From NCBI RefSeq assembly GCF_000150275.1, contig NW_002060957.1, forward strand, positions 918,445 to 982,444: a DNA stretch of 64,000 nt, written 5' to 3'. Positions 37,401 through 49,399 of the stretch are shown here, piece after piece (position 1 is the stretch's first letter; each line of letters opens with the position of its first letter). Below the pieces are notes generated by a model that was not told where the DNA came from, made no database searches, and saw only the letters and a list, made by a program, of their open reading frames with translations. Made by a program: the position numbers and the translations under genes. Source of the stretch: Trichoplax adhaerens. Its lineage: Eukaryota > Animalia > Placozoa.

Positions 37401-40400
37401 ATTTCTCAAACCCAACCATGATGCGACCTGCTCAAGTAGAACATATCACTAGTTCTCTCCGAACTCAGAGGGAATACGTTCTAGAATTAATATTTACGGT
37501 AAATTACCCATCTTTTAAATACTGTATTGATCGACTGCATAATTGTAATGCATACTGTAAATTCTATATCTGTTAATATAAGCGTTTATCATTGTATTCA
37601 TTTCATTTGTCCCTATTGCGCTAATCGTAGAATTCGTAATTACGAGGCATGCAGCATATCGTTAGTTTCTGCTATACGCCTATGATTATTCTATACAAAC
37701 TTACGGTATATTAATGATTGTGCTCATAAACTATTGCATTATACGCTAACTTTATCTCCACCAAAAATCATTATTTACCAAGATATTTAAAACCTCTTTG
37801 AAAGTATCTGTGGAATGTCGTGGTCATATTTTAGATTGGATCTCCTTATGCCTCTTTCATAACAAGCTTAGATCGAGTGTAAGTACGCCTGGAATTTGAG
37901 CAGTTTCATTGATGAGTATTGAATCTATACTGGAAAGTGTTTATTGATTTACTAATATTTGCTATCATCTTTCTTTGTAGAGCGCATCACAAATGCATTT
38001 TCATGAATTAGCTGGTGACGCATTCTTTCTAAATTTATCTTCCATTCTTATGGAATTATGTGACCCTTTTATGATTATATCTTCCCCGAAACTTTTAAAA
38101 ATTGACCCAGAAGCTTGCATAGCTAAAAGCAGCGTAACGCAAGCTCATGGCATTTTCAGGCTAAATCTTTATAATGAGACTAAATTAGCTGATCAGACTT
38201 CATCAGGTAAGGATTAAAGAATAGCGCTACTTTTATAACCAGCGTACACCTTTCCTCATGCAGCTATTGTTATAGATATGATTTTGCATTGTTTAGTAAT
38301 TACATATCTTCTGATTATTTTTGAATAAAAGAGAACAATACCATTGAAAAGGATGGAGATTTTAGCTTTATTACTGAAATATTCTTTTTGACCCACAAAA
38401 CTTTACATTTGGGTAATTATTAAGACCTTTCGATGTTTACATATCGAATTTATATGCTATTTAACTCTAACAAATGTCTATTTAGCGTTGCCTACCACAA
38501 TTACTGTGTACAAAAATTTGATGGAACGCCTTGCAAAGGTTTTATATAAATTTTAGTATAATTATAATTAACGCCGCTTTAACTGTGTTCATATTCATAT
38601 TTTCACATTAGTTGCAGAATATGGTAAGTACTCCAGAAGGGCTTGCCAATACGAATCTACGACAAGAATTTGAAGCTGGTGTTTCACAGCAACTTGCTAT
38701 GAAGGTTCGAATTTTGACTCTTATATTAAAAAGCTTTATTACCCACTAGCTTTATCGAATTAATATTATCTTCTTACTTTTGCAATATTGATAGGCGCAT
38801 GTTTTAGACCCCAAACTTTTGGAGCGCATACTGAATTTCTACAATGTAACGGCCGCCTGGGCTTTACAAATTTCTAATACCGACGGAAAACATTATAATC
38901 AAATCGATTTAAATCAAGAAATGTTATCTACTTCTATCGAGGTAACGTTAAAGTAACCTAATCTCTCTTTACATATCACTAAGAGATTATTGGTAGCTTT
39001 ACAAATGATCTAATATTATTAGGTACCAAAGAAATTTGCCATGCTGCCGGAGTTCATTGTCGATAGTTTAACCCAATTTATCATCTTTCTTGGGTATATT
39101 TAATTTAATTTATATAGCTTACAATATGACTTTTAGTTTATGAATAATTCATCTTATCGTATTGCTAAAAAAGAATATATCGCACTATCAGATTGATTGA
39201 CCCACTGATAAATACCTTTTGTTAGGCACTTTGCTCCGGAGATTCTAGAAATGCAATGCGCTAAGTTAGAACCCCTTGTTATCTTCATTACTGGTTTAAT
39301 GGGGTAATGTACATTATACGTGCAATTATTAAAATGACACGTATAGAATAGATTCATTTTGCTATTAGCTTTTTTATGGTCTCTTCGCATTGCATAAAGA
39401 GACATAACTTGATATTGCTGATTGTCTTGATTCTAGAAGTTCAAAATTCGCCAAAAATCCTCATGTACGTGCTCAGTTAGCTGATGCTTTGGCTCGCTTA
39501 GTTCCTAATGATGCACATAAACGCATGTTAGAGGTTATTATTAATACAAATTGCGAAATTTATATAACTTGTCTCTTAACTCAGATACAGTCTCATATAC
39601 TACTCAATGATTATTTAACAAAGTGAAAGATTAGTAAGGTGCACCACAAATTTTAACCTTAAATATAGCAAATTTTCTTGGAAAGTAAGCAAATTCAAGA
39701 TAGTTTGGCACTAGCAGTCCTTAATGTTTACGTTGACATCGAAAAGACAGATAATTCCGTTGAATTTGAGCAAAAATTCAGTAGGTTTCTGGTATTAGCC
39801 TATTAAATTACGGCTACAACCTTCGAAGTCATAATGGTGCATTCCCTATTCATCGAGTAAACTATCTATCTATTTTTCTTACAGGTTATCGACATAATAT
39901 CTACAATATTTTAGAATATTTGTGGACTGTTCCTGCTTACAAAGAAAAAATGATAAAACTTAGCGAAGAGGTTAGTGTAATGATCTTCAAGATAAGTTTT
40001 ACAAATCATGGTACTGAATATTGTACAGTATTATAATTTGCACTTTAAGCTTATACAGGATACTTCCTTGTATTTTTTAAGGTAACTGTTGGAGAGCAAG
40101 GACTAAAAGACGTTATTTTTTTGCGATTTATTCATTTGCTTACCAACGATGCTGTCTTTCTACTCGATGAAGCACTAAGTGTATGCAAACTTTGATATTT
40201 TGTAAAGATGATTAATATTGTAATAGCAGTTTTAAAAATCATTTTATGACGCTATCTATCATTTATTTACATTCCCAGACTTTATCAGATATTAAGAAAT
40301 TACAGGAGGAATTAGCAGATGAGGAACTTAGTAGCCAAGCCAGACGAGAGGTGAGATCTATAAGTTGATTATGTATAATATCGCTCTTTATGATTTTTCT

Positions 40401-41792
40401 TGTATTTCATTAATATTTGATGAGATTGATGTTAACAGTAAAAATGTTTCAATTTTGTTAGAAATTGCAACAACTAAGCTTTTCTAGCAGAATGGCTCGC
40501 TCGCTAAACATTCTTGGAAATCAAACTGTTAATGCCCTTACATTGTTAACACAAAGTATTGTTAGGTAATTATAGATAGATTCATTATACATTCGTAGTT
40601 GTGTTTTATTGAAAGCGTGCAAGAAAAGAAATTCATCACTCAATCTACTGCGACTTATAGTCGAATAGCTGTAGCTAATTGTTACTATTATTTTCATCAG
40701 ACCTTTCACCGAAATTGGAATGGTGGATAGAATTGCTTCAATGTTAAACTACTTTTCTGTACGACTAGCTGGACCGAAACGCGGTACTTTCAAGGTTCTT
40801 CTTATCATATAATGTATTTCATCATTAGAGAATAAATATTAAATTGTATTGTAATTAATTGGAATTTTATCAGTTGAAATATGGCGAAATAGCAATATAT
40901 AAATAGAGATGATTGAATGTGAGGTTTCTGTACCTTTATAACTGTCTATCTTACTATTATCAAAAGGTGAAAGATTTTTCCGAATTTCATTTTAAGCCCG
41001 ATCAACTTATTTGCAATATTGCACTGATTTACACGCAATTGGGCCAATCGGAGAGCTTTTGTAAAGCGATAACGGAAGATGAAAGAAGCTATACGCCACA
41101 ACTGTTTTACCAGATAGAGCGAGTTTTAAAGTATATTTGACTAATAGGCTAATTATATATTTTATAACGTGTAAGAATATTTTCAGGTGGTTTTTTGGCT
41201 ACAATATGAATATAATTTGTTTCTTTTAGTAAATTGGCTCGACTAGATATTGTATCAGAATTTAAAGAATTACACGACAAAGTTACCAAATTTGCAGCTG
41301 AGAAGAAGGAAATTGAGGAGGCTATGCCCGAAGTAAGCAGTTTCTGTTTTCTTATTGGTTTACTCTTTTATGAAAGCTGAACCAAAAATTAATATCGATA
41401 ATACCATATTTATTACTTAGCCTCCTGAAGAGTTTTTGGATCCGATAATGAATACATTAATGGTTAATCCGGTAATATTACCTACGTCTGGAAAAATTAT
41501 GGATAAGGCAACAATCACGCGGCACTTATTTAGGTAATTTCTTTTTGATGATACTATGTATAGCTCATTCTACAATGCTCTTAACGCCTAACAAAAATGA
41601 TCAAGATACTGAATTAAAAATTGCCAGTATGTTGTAATGTGGCCTATGTAATCTCTTCGTAGTAGTCAGAATGATCCATTTAACAGACTGCCGTTGCAGC
41701 TGGATGATCTAGTTCCGCATCAGGAGCTCAAAGAACGAATAGAGCAGTGGCTAAGAGATAACAAGATAATATTACCGGATCAAAATGATTAG
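34445..41792 (+). CDS. UBE4A: U-box E4 ubiquitin conjugation factor UBE4A (~27 exons)
   Basis: N-terminal [15 protein letters not shown] and [12 protein letters not shown] are UBE4A-type. The Ufd2 core includes [60 protein letters not shown] and [15 protein letters not shown]. The U-box reads [24 protein letters not shown]...DPFNRLPL...ELKERIEQW. Confidence 0.93.
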
Positions 41793-43682
41793 TACTCTTT
41801 TTAATACAACGAAAATACTCGTATGTTAAAATCATCAGTGACGAACAACGGAATAATGTAAATTTATCGTTATATGATTTTTGTTTTCTGAAAGCATAAT
41901 AGATTAATATGTTATGATTAATATTATTACCATCTATATGATTTTATCTTAAATTTAAATTGAGAATTACATTATACACTTACGCATTGTCGTTTGACCC
42001 TTCGATCGTTATATGTGATTTCATAAAATAATAATTTTGAATTATACGAAATGAGATTAATTTCTATGATACACTGTAGGGCAGAATTGATTTCATTGAT
42101 ACCTATGTACGGAACATTATAATAGTAATATAATATGCATACACGTATAAATAATTGGTGAAGCTATAATTTCCCGCTGTTATTTCCATAATCTTAATCG
42201 GCACTTGACATTAAATGATTTTACACATTCTACAGGATATTGAAATTTTGGGGTCGATTAATTTGAAAATTTTAAACAGTTCTTTATGTGCCACTAAATA
42301 TTAACATGAAGGAAATTGCAGCAGCACCCATCTACTTGTTTCTTATGAGTCATATGTCATTGCATGGAGTATAAGTGCAATTTCATTTTGCTCTGTAACA
42401 TGCTAATGGAATATACGTACTTTAAGGTGTATGAGAGTACTAGTTTCGTCATCTTTTACTTATTTATGTCAATGTAGAGGATAAAAATGTAGTTGAATGG
42501 CGTAGATTAATAAAAGGGTTGAAAGATAGGGCAGCAATTACCACATACAATTTCGATTCTAACGTTCAATTTGGCCAGTATGCAAGAGATGTACAGTAAT
42601 TGGATAGATTAGGTTAGTTAATTCCAGTTTGATGGTAGTGTAGGGTTGGCTCAGTTAACGTATCCATGAGTGTACCTTTTATGGTGTTAACCTATCGATT
42701 TCGAGGCATATTGATTTTATCTATTTATTGTTAAACTGTTCGCATTAAATGTCGGATGCATCATGAGATACATGTAAGTTTGAAATCATGCTCTTTCACA
42801 TCTATAGATCACATCAGTGACTATTCGAAACAAGAAAGGTCCCTGATTACATCTACTCTGTCACACCTATAATACACAAGGCATAGAATAAAAACTGAAT
42901 CCGGTAAAATTTTATTTTCAAGATTCCTAAATTCAATTCAGTAATTGGAACAGTATCTAAACGAACCGACGGCACATTAACTGCAAAGAGACGGTGTGCA
43001 ATATACATCCATGTATGGCCATATGAACGCTAATTTGCTAGCTACAGTAATTCACACATGTAACATTAAAATTATCCAAAGTTGCAAAGTAATCGAAAGG
43101 AAATTAAAGCAACGAAGTCAAGGTAACCAAACATTAATGGATCGCAGATATAAACTGCTATTTCTCCAATATTTACAGTAGATGCCTTGATTCAAAGATG
43201 AGATGGTAATGTTATGAAGTGCAGTACACGTACTTGTATACAGTACTGATAGGACTCGATCATTCAAAGGATACGTGTACTGCAGTAAGGTTATCACAAA
43301 CTCATTTGAGTAGTAACAGTGCTGATACTAAAATTTGATATATTTAGTGAATTCTAGATTGATGCATCTGAACATTGCAACTGGCATTAACACACTACTC
43401 AAAAAAATCGATGCAATATTGCGTTGATGACGTAGATTGGCTCATGATATAGTTTCACATATAATCACATTAATTGCAAATTCGTACTAAATTATAATAG
43501 AATAATTTTATCATATGAGGTAACAAAAAATATTTTTACGCGCACAATAAAAATTTCAATTAACCCTTTGCATATTTTAAATATACATTATGAAAAGGTC
43601 ATATCATGAATCTTGCTTTACTACTTGTTGAAGTAACGGGAGCCTTTAGTGGATTGCCTATACTTTAGAGGTTACTACGTTA

Positions 43683-46223
43683 CTACGAGAGAAATTTGAC
43701 GCCACCACTGTTATCATTGTCGTTGGGCTGGATATCAAACATAACGGCTTTTCCTTTCTTCTCTAGCACTCGTAACGCACGCTTTAATACCCAAGTTTCT
43801 ATCTCATAAAATTCTAGCCAGGTTTAGAAAATAACAAGGAATAGTTTAGTAACAATCATTTCACTTTGCAGATTTGGTATACAGTATACGCATACAGTGT
43901 ATGTCATACAACTGAGCGCATTAAAATATGTATTGATACAATACTGTAGTATAATTTTATTACAGCAATGCACAATTTTAGTTACAGTTACGAATGGATC
44001 ATCATTTTATCCATAGGATAAACAGGAATAGTACAGTAGCTCTTGAAATAATTAAGATAGATGATATCGTACCTTCCTTCTTTACATCGTTGCCTAACTG
44101 TAATTCGTATAAGGTGCAAACTGTATTTGTCATACCGCTGCGTTCAGCCTAATAGAATTGTTAATTAATACCACGAAGATAGTAATCAGTAATAATGCAT
44201 AGCAATAGCGAAACTTTATCAGGAAGATAATTTCATTGCAAATACTTCTAATTTAATATCCTTGCGGTTAATATACATTCGTCTAGTATAAACCGATATT
44301 GGCTGTAACATTACAACTACCAGATGTAATTTAAAATAATGACGATATGTATGCTCAGTATGGACTATATTAATAAGTAACGATAACAGATAAAGGCAAT
44401 GTGCTAAATGATCTGTTAAAAGTATACTTTTTTTCATCTACTTACTGTTTAATATGATAGTATATCTATGGATTGATGATACTCACCCAATTGAAGATCA
44501 GTTTAGCCCACTCTTCCGCCGATCTCCACATTAATAAAGCTCTAGACATTTTCTTATCTTGCCATTCCAGTAAGCCTGCAAAGCATGAGCCATACGAATC
44601 ACTACAATTTGTCTACTCTGATTACCAACTGTAGTATATGGTAGTTATTATGCTGTAAATGCTAGATAAATGAATGCATGGCTGCATACCATTCACTTAA
44701 TTACAAGTATATCGTATGATAATTGATGATTGTCCTTCATCACTGGCTAGTATTTTAACCATAATTACTGTAATGGACATTCTAGACGCATGATCTTCGT
44801 GTCTCAAGACAGTGTATTTGAAGTGAAGGCCAAGTCATCCGACCGTAAGCGAAAAAGTTTCGCTGATGTTTAATTAAATATACTAACCTTTATCTTTCAG
44901 AGCGTTTAGCACTAGATAGACACCATCGATTGGTAGTTTTCCTTAATTACTGTTAAAGAAATAGATTGCATCGATATAGCGTTGAAAGTGATCGATCTTT
45001 CTATTAGTCAACTAATTAACTTCAAATGCTGTTCTAGTTCTGTATTGCTTACATTAATTAATGGCTATAAATTTAGAAAGGATACGTTTGATTTTAGCAT
45101 TATGAAATAAAGGACTAGACAGTGACTCTTGGACATCGATCGCGTATGATTTAATATGCTTTTGATAGTCTAACACCAGTTCACACCAGGCTTGAATTTG
45201 TTTGGTTTGAGTTTCAACATTTGGCTGAATCCTACATGATATAAAATGTCATCAGTTTACTTTTCAAATCCAGTACTTGTACGTAACAGTTACCTCTAAA
45301 ATCACTTTCAATGGATATACTGGTATAATAAATTACTAGTAGTACCAAATTTGATGATGAAATGATATATCCAAACTACAGTATATCATTTTTATTCACG
45401 CATATGTCCTATTGTACAATAAAAAGTGGCATAACACGAAAGAAATTGGACTCAAAGCGTTGGATCTTGTGGATCGTGATAAGTGGTATTAGTAAGTATT
45501 GGACAGGCAATCAACTTCTTTGAGTACAGACTATCCACTACAATTACTTCTATCCGAGATAGGTTGCAATTTCAAGGTTAATCATGGTACTGTAGTGTTG
45601 GTAGAACGTACAAGATCGATGCCAGTGATGGCTAGTACTATTTTGATCAGTGAATCCAATAAGGCAGACAAGTAATCGACTTCTCTAGTGATACTAAATG
45701 ATGGATCGTTTTTGCGTATATGCGTGTAAGCGAGTAGTTTATAGGTTAGAAATCCCAGTTTGAATGGTGTATCAGAATAATATAGGCAATTTTGCTGAGC
45801 ATTAGATAAAGTGGTATGCTATAGTATACTTTGTAGGGCATTTTATCACCTCATAAATGTACAGTATGAGTTGATTTTACTGTACTGAAGAGTAGAATGA
45901 TCGCCAGACCTGATCCTTGAAATGACAAAAACTACAGGAAGGAAGTAATATTACACGCACGTATCTACAAAGCAAACTAAAGCTGAGTCGATTGTGATGC
46001 TGATGAACTAGAAGAGCAGTGATAATAAGCAATTCTTGAAGTTTCATAGCACTCCATAACAGTTTATTTTTGACTCGTTCATTAGTCTAGAAGACAACAT
46101 TCAAATTGGGTCATGGGCATACTGCTGTCCATCGATCTCACAACAAGACACTTACGTAAAGAATGGCGGAAAGTCGTATTGCCATGGCCATTGAAAATTG
46201 GCTAATTGCTTAGCAGTCGTCAT
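43683..46223 (-). CDS. VPS25: ESCRT-II subunit VPS25 (exons 46223-46156, 45231-45086, 44941-44888, 44575-44487, 44148-44073, 43813-43683)
   Basis: The spliced product reads MTTAKQLANFQWPWQYDFPPFFTIQPNVETQTKQIQAWCELVL...SPLFHNAKIKRKLP...WRSAEEWAKLIFNW...NTVCTLYEL...ALRVLEKKGKA...GGVKFLS*, matching the PPFFT and GVKF hallmarks. Confidence 0.96.
44942..45085 (-). other. U12-type (minor spliceosome) GT-AG intron 2 of VPS25
   Basis: The 5' splice site is GTATCCTTT. A branch sequence TTTCTTTAAC ends ~10 nt before an AAG acceptor, there is no polypyrimidine tract, and splicing restores KR/KLP in frame. Confidence 0.9.
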
Positions 46224-46599
46224 GATCACCAATAGTTCAATGGTATTCTAACTTGACTTGGAGACTTGGCAGTGGTTTCAAGTCGCAGAATAGGAAGAAA
46301 ATGGAGTCGAATGATGGATTTTACGCTACTGTTGGAGCCAGTCCGACTTCAAAGTGGCATCTCGCTTGTCCGATGCAAGCCGTAAATCTGCTGTATCATA
46401 CAGTACTGTTCATTGCATACTACAGTATCATCGAGCCGGTATGCAGTTGATGGACATATTGGACACCACCTCAACAAGGGACTGCAGTATGGCAGGACCA
46501 TGGACGACGACCAATAATTTAGAGCAGAACAGACTTTGCAAATTTCTCTACATTATATACAACATGCCGTTAAAAATAGAGAAGACACAGTCTATTCCA

Positions 46600-48455
46600 T
46601 CTTGGATAACTTATAGAACCAATAGCTTGTTTGATATTGGTTAAAAGTCCCTGGTATAACCCATAGAGTTAGTTCGTTTTTGAATCTCGATCTAGGTTGG
46701 GAAATTTTTTTTTCCTAATATTTCTTGACTTGCGGATTATTTTACCTCCATAACCTACGTTTGGTTAGTCACTAAAATAAATAACTCATCCATGAATATA
46801 CAGTGTAGTGGCACAGTCTTGTATATTATTAGTCACTGGATAACCTACAGAACCAATGACTTGTTGGATATTTGTTAAAAGTCCCTGGTATAACCCATAG
46901 AGTTCGTTTTTGAACCTAGATTGGAAAATTTTTTTTGCTTACGGGCTATTTTACCTCCATAACCTACAGTTGCTTAGTCGCTAAAATAAATAATTCATCT
47001 ATGAATATTCGTACAGTGTAGTGACACAGTCTTCTATTTTTAAATAGAGATCGTTTTTTAATCTTGATCTAGATAGGGAAATTTTATTTTTATAATATTT
47101 CTTGACTTACGAGTTATTTTACCTCCATAGCCCACGTTTGGTTAGTCACTAAAATAAATAACTCATTCATGAATATACAGTGTAGTGGCACAGTCTTGTG
47201 TATTTTTAGTCATTGGATAACCCATAGAACCAATGGCTTCTTAGATATTTGTTAAAAGTCTTTGGTATAACCCATGGAGTTCGTTTTTGAATCTCGATCT
47301 AGGTTGGAAAGTTTTTTTTATAATTTTTTTGCTTACGGGTTATTTTACCTCCATAACCTACAGTTGGTTAGTCGCTAAAATAAATAGTTCATTCAAGAAT
47401 ATTTGTACAGTATAGTAATACTATCTTCTATTTTTAGATAGAGTTCGTTTTTTAATTTCGATCTAGATTGGGAAATTTTTTTTTCATAATATTTCTTGAC
47501 TTGCGGGTTATTTTACCTCCATAACCTACGTTTGGTTAGTTACTAAAATAAATCGTTCATAAACATACAGTGCAGGGACACAGTCTTGTATATTTTTAGT
47601 CATTGGATAACCTATAGAACCGATGACTTGTTGGATATTTGTTAAAAGTCTTTGGTATAACCCATAGAGTTCATTTTTGAATCTCGATCTCGATTTTGGA
47701 AAATTTTTTTATTACTTACGGGTTATTTTACCTCCATAACCTACATATAGTTCATTTTCACTAAAATAAATAATTCTTTCATGAATAGAGTCAACTGTCT
47801 TAAATATTTTTAGTCATTGAATAACCTATAGAACCAATGATTTATAGGATATTTGTTAAAAGTCCATGGTATAACCATAGAGTTTGTCTTTTAATCTCGA
47901 TCTCGATTGGGAAATTTTTTTTTCATAATATTTCTTTACTTGCGGGTTATTGCACCTCTATAACCTATATAGTAGGTCGGTCACTAAAATAAATAATTCA
48001 TTGATGAATGTAGTGATACAGTCTTATATATTTTTAGTCATTGGATAACCCATACAACCAATGACTTGTTGGATATTTGTTCAAAGTCTCTGGTATAACC
48101 CATAGAGTTCGTTTTTGAATCTCGATCTAAATTGGAAATTTTTTTTTATTATTTTTTTGAATTACGGGTTATTTCACCTCCATAACCTACAGTTAGCTAG
48201 TCACTAACATAAATCATTCATTCATGACTATACAGTGTAGTGATACAGTCTTCTATTTTAGTCATTGGATAACCTATACAACCAATGACTTGTTGGGTAT
48301 CTGTTAAAAGTTCCTAGTATAACCCGTAGAGTTCGTCTTTTAATCTGGATCTAGATTAGGGAATTCTTTTTTATCCTTATTTTTTACTTACGGGTTATTT
48401 TACCTCCATAACCTACAGTTAGTTAATCACTAAAATAAATAATTCATTCATTCAT
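46600..48455. repeat. Satellite array A, ~215-235 bp unit with interspersed ~150 bp truncated units
   Basis: The anchor ggataacc..tagaaccaatgacttgttggatatttgttaaaagtc recurs near 46603, 46837, 47214, 47605, 47819, 48043 and 48267. The block ttattttacctccataacctac recurs about 9 times. Confidence 0.93.
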
Positions 48456-49067
48456 AGTAATGGCTCATTGATCGTAGAGTTAGTTCATGGAGTGAAATTA
48501 AATAGTGAGTACTATAGACCATCACGGCAGAAATGTCATCTTGTAGAAGTGTTACAGTATATCACACTAGGTAAGCTGCAATGCTGCATTTTGGTGATCA
48601 CTAAGTAGTCGGCCGCTCGCATGCTATCCCAGTAGCTACTTCTACTTTCCTACCAATTGAATGAAGAGTATAAAAGAATGAATAACTTAATGGGCCCAAA
48701 GCGATTTACTAATGTAAAATAGATTCTGTAGTCTGTACTGTATAAATATTAATGTTCATCGTGCAATAGTTCTAACGTAATTGACAAGTATCACAGTTCT
48801 ATAGGACAGTGCCATATCTAGTAGTAGGGACAAACTACTGTCATCAAGTAGCCATCACAGTAAAATAATATGCAAGCTTATCATTTCTTGCTCATTCTTC
48901 TATATGGTAGTAATGAAAGTAAAAGAGAGAAATGATTTTAACAAGGACTAATGGAGTACTGCAAGTCCACTCAGTTATACATAAACTGTCATAGTATTGA
49001 CTAATAAGTAAATTAAGAACGTAGTTTAGCAACCGATTCCGATATGTTGTTGGCGCAAGCTGCTCAG

Positions 49068-49097
49068 TATAAGTTATAACTAATGTTATAACTTATA
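49068..49097. repeat. Perfect inverted repeat (13-bp arms, 4-nt spacer)
   Basis: tataagttataac-taat-gttataacttata. Confidence 0.9.
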
Positions 49098-49399
49098 TTA
49101 TAACCCGTACATAGTACAGTACTACGTACAGGCGTACGGTAAAACAAGGACTAGTATCTTAGCAATTCCCGCATTATTAATGTTGGTACATGTACATTTC
49201 TTGTTGAGCAATCACAGAATATGACATCCATTTTGCCCTACTGTCATGAACCATGAAAGCATCACTTGTCATAGTTTATGATAGTATTTTGGCAGGCAGC
49301 ATAGTATATAAAATGTAAATTTTAGACTTCCACCTGACATTCCTCGTCGATTAATAAATGTCTACATCAGTGCACTAAGCCATAGCCCATTTCATGCCT

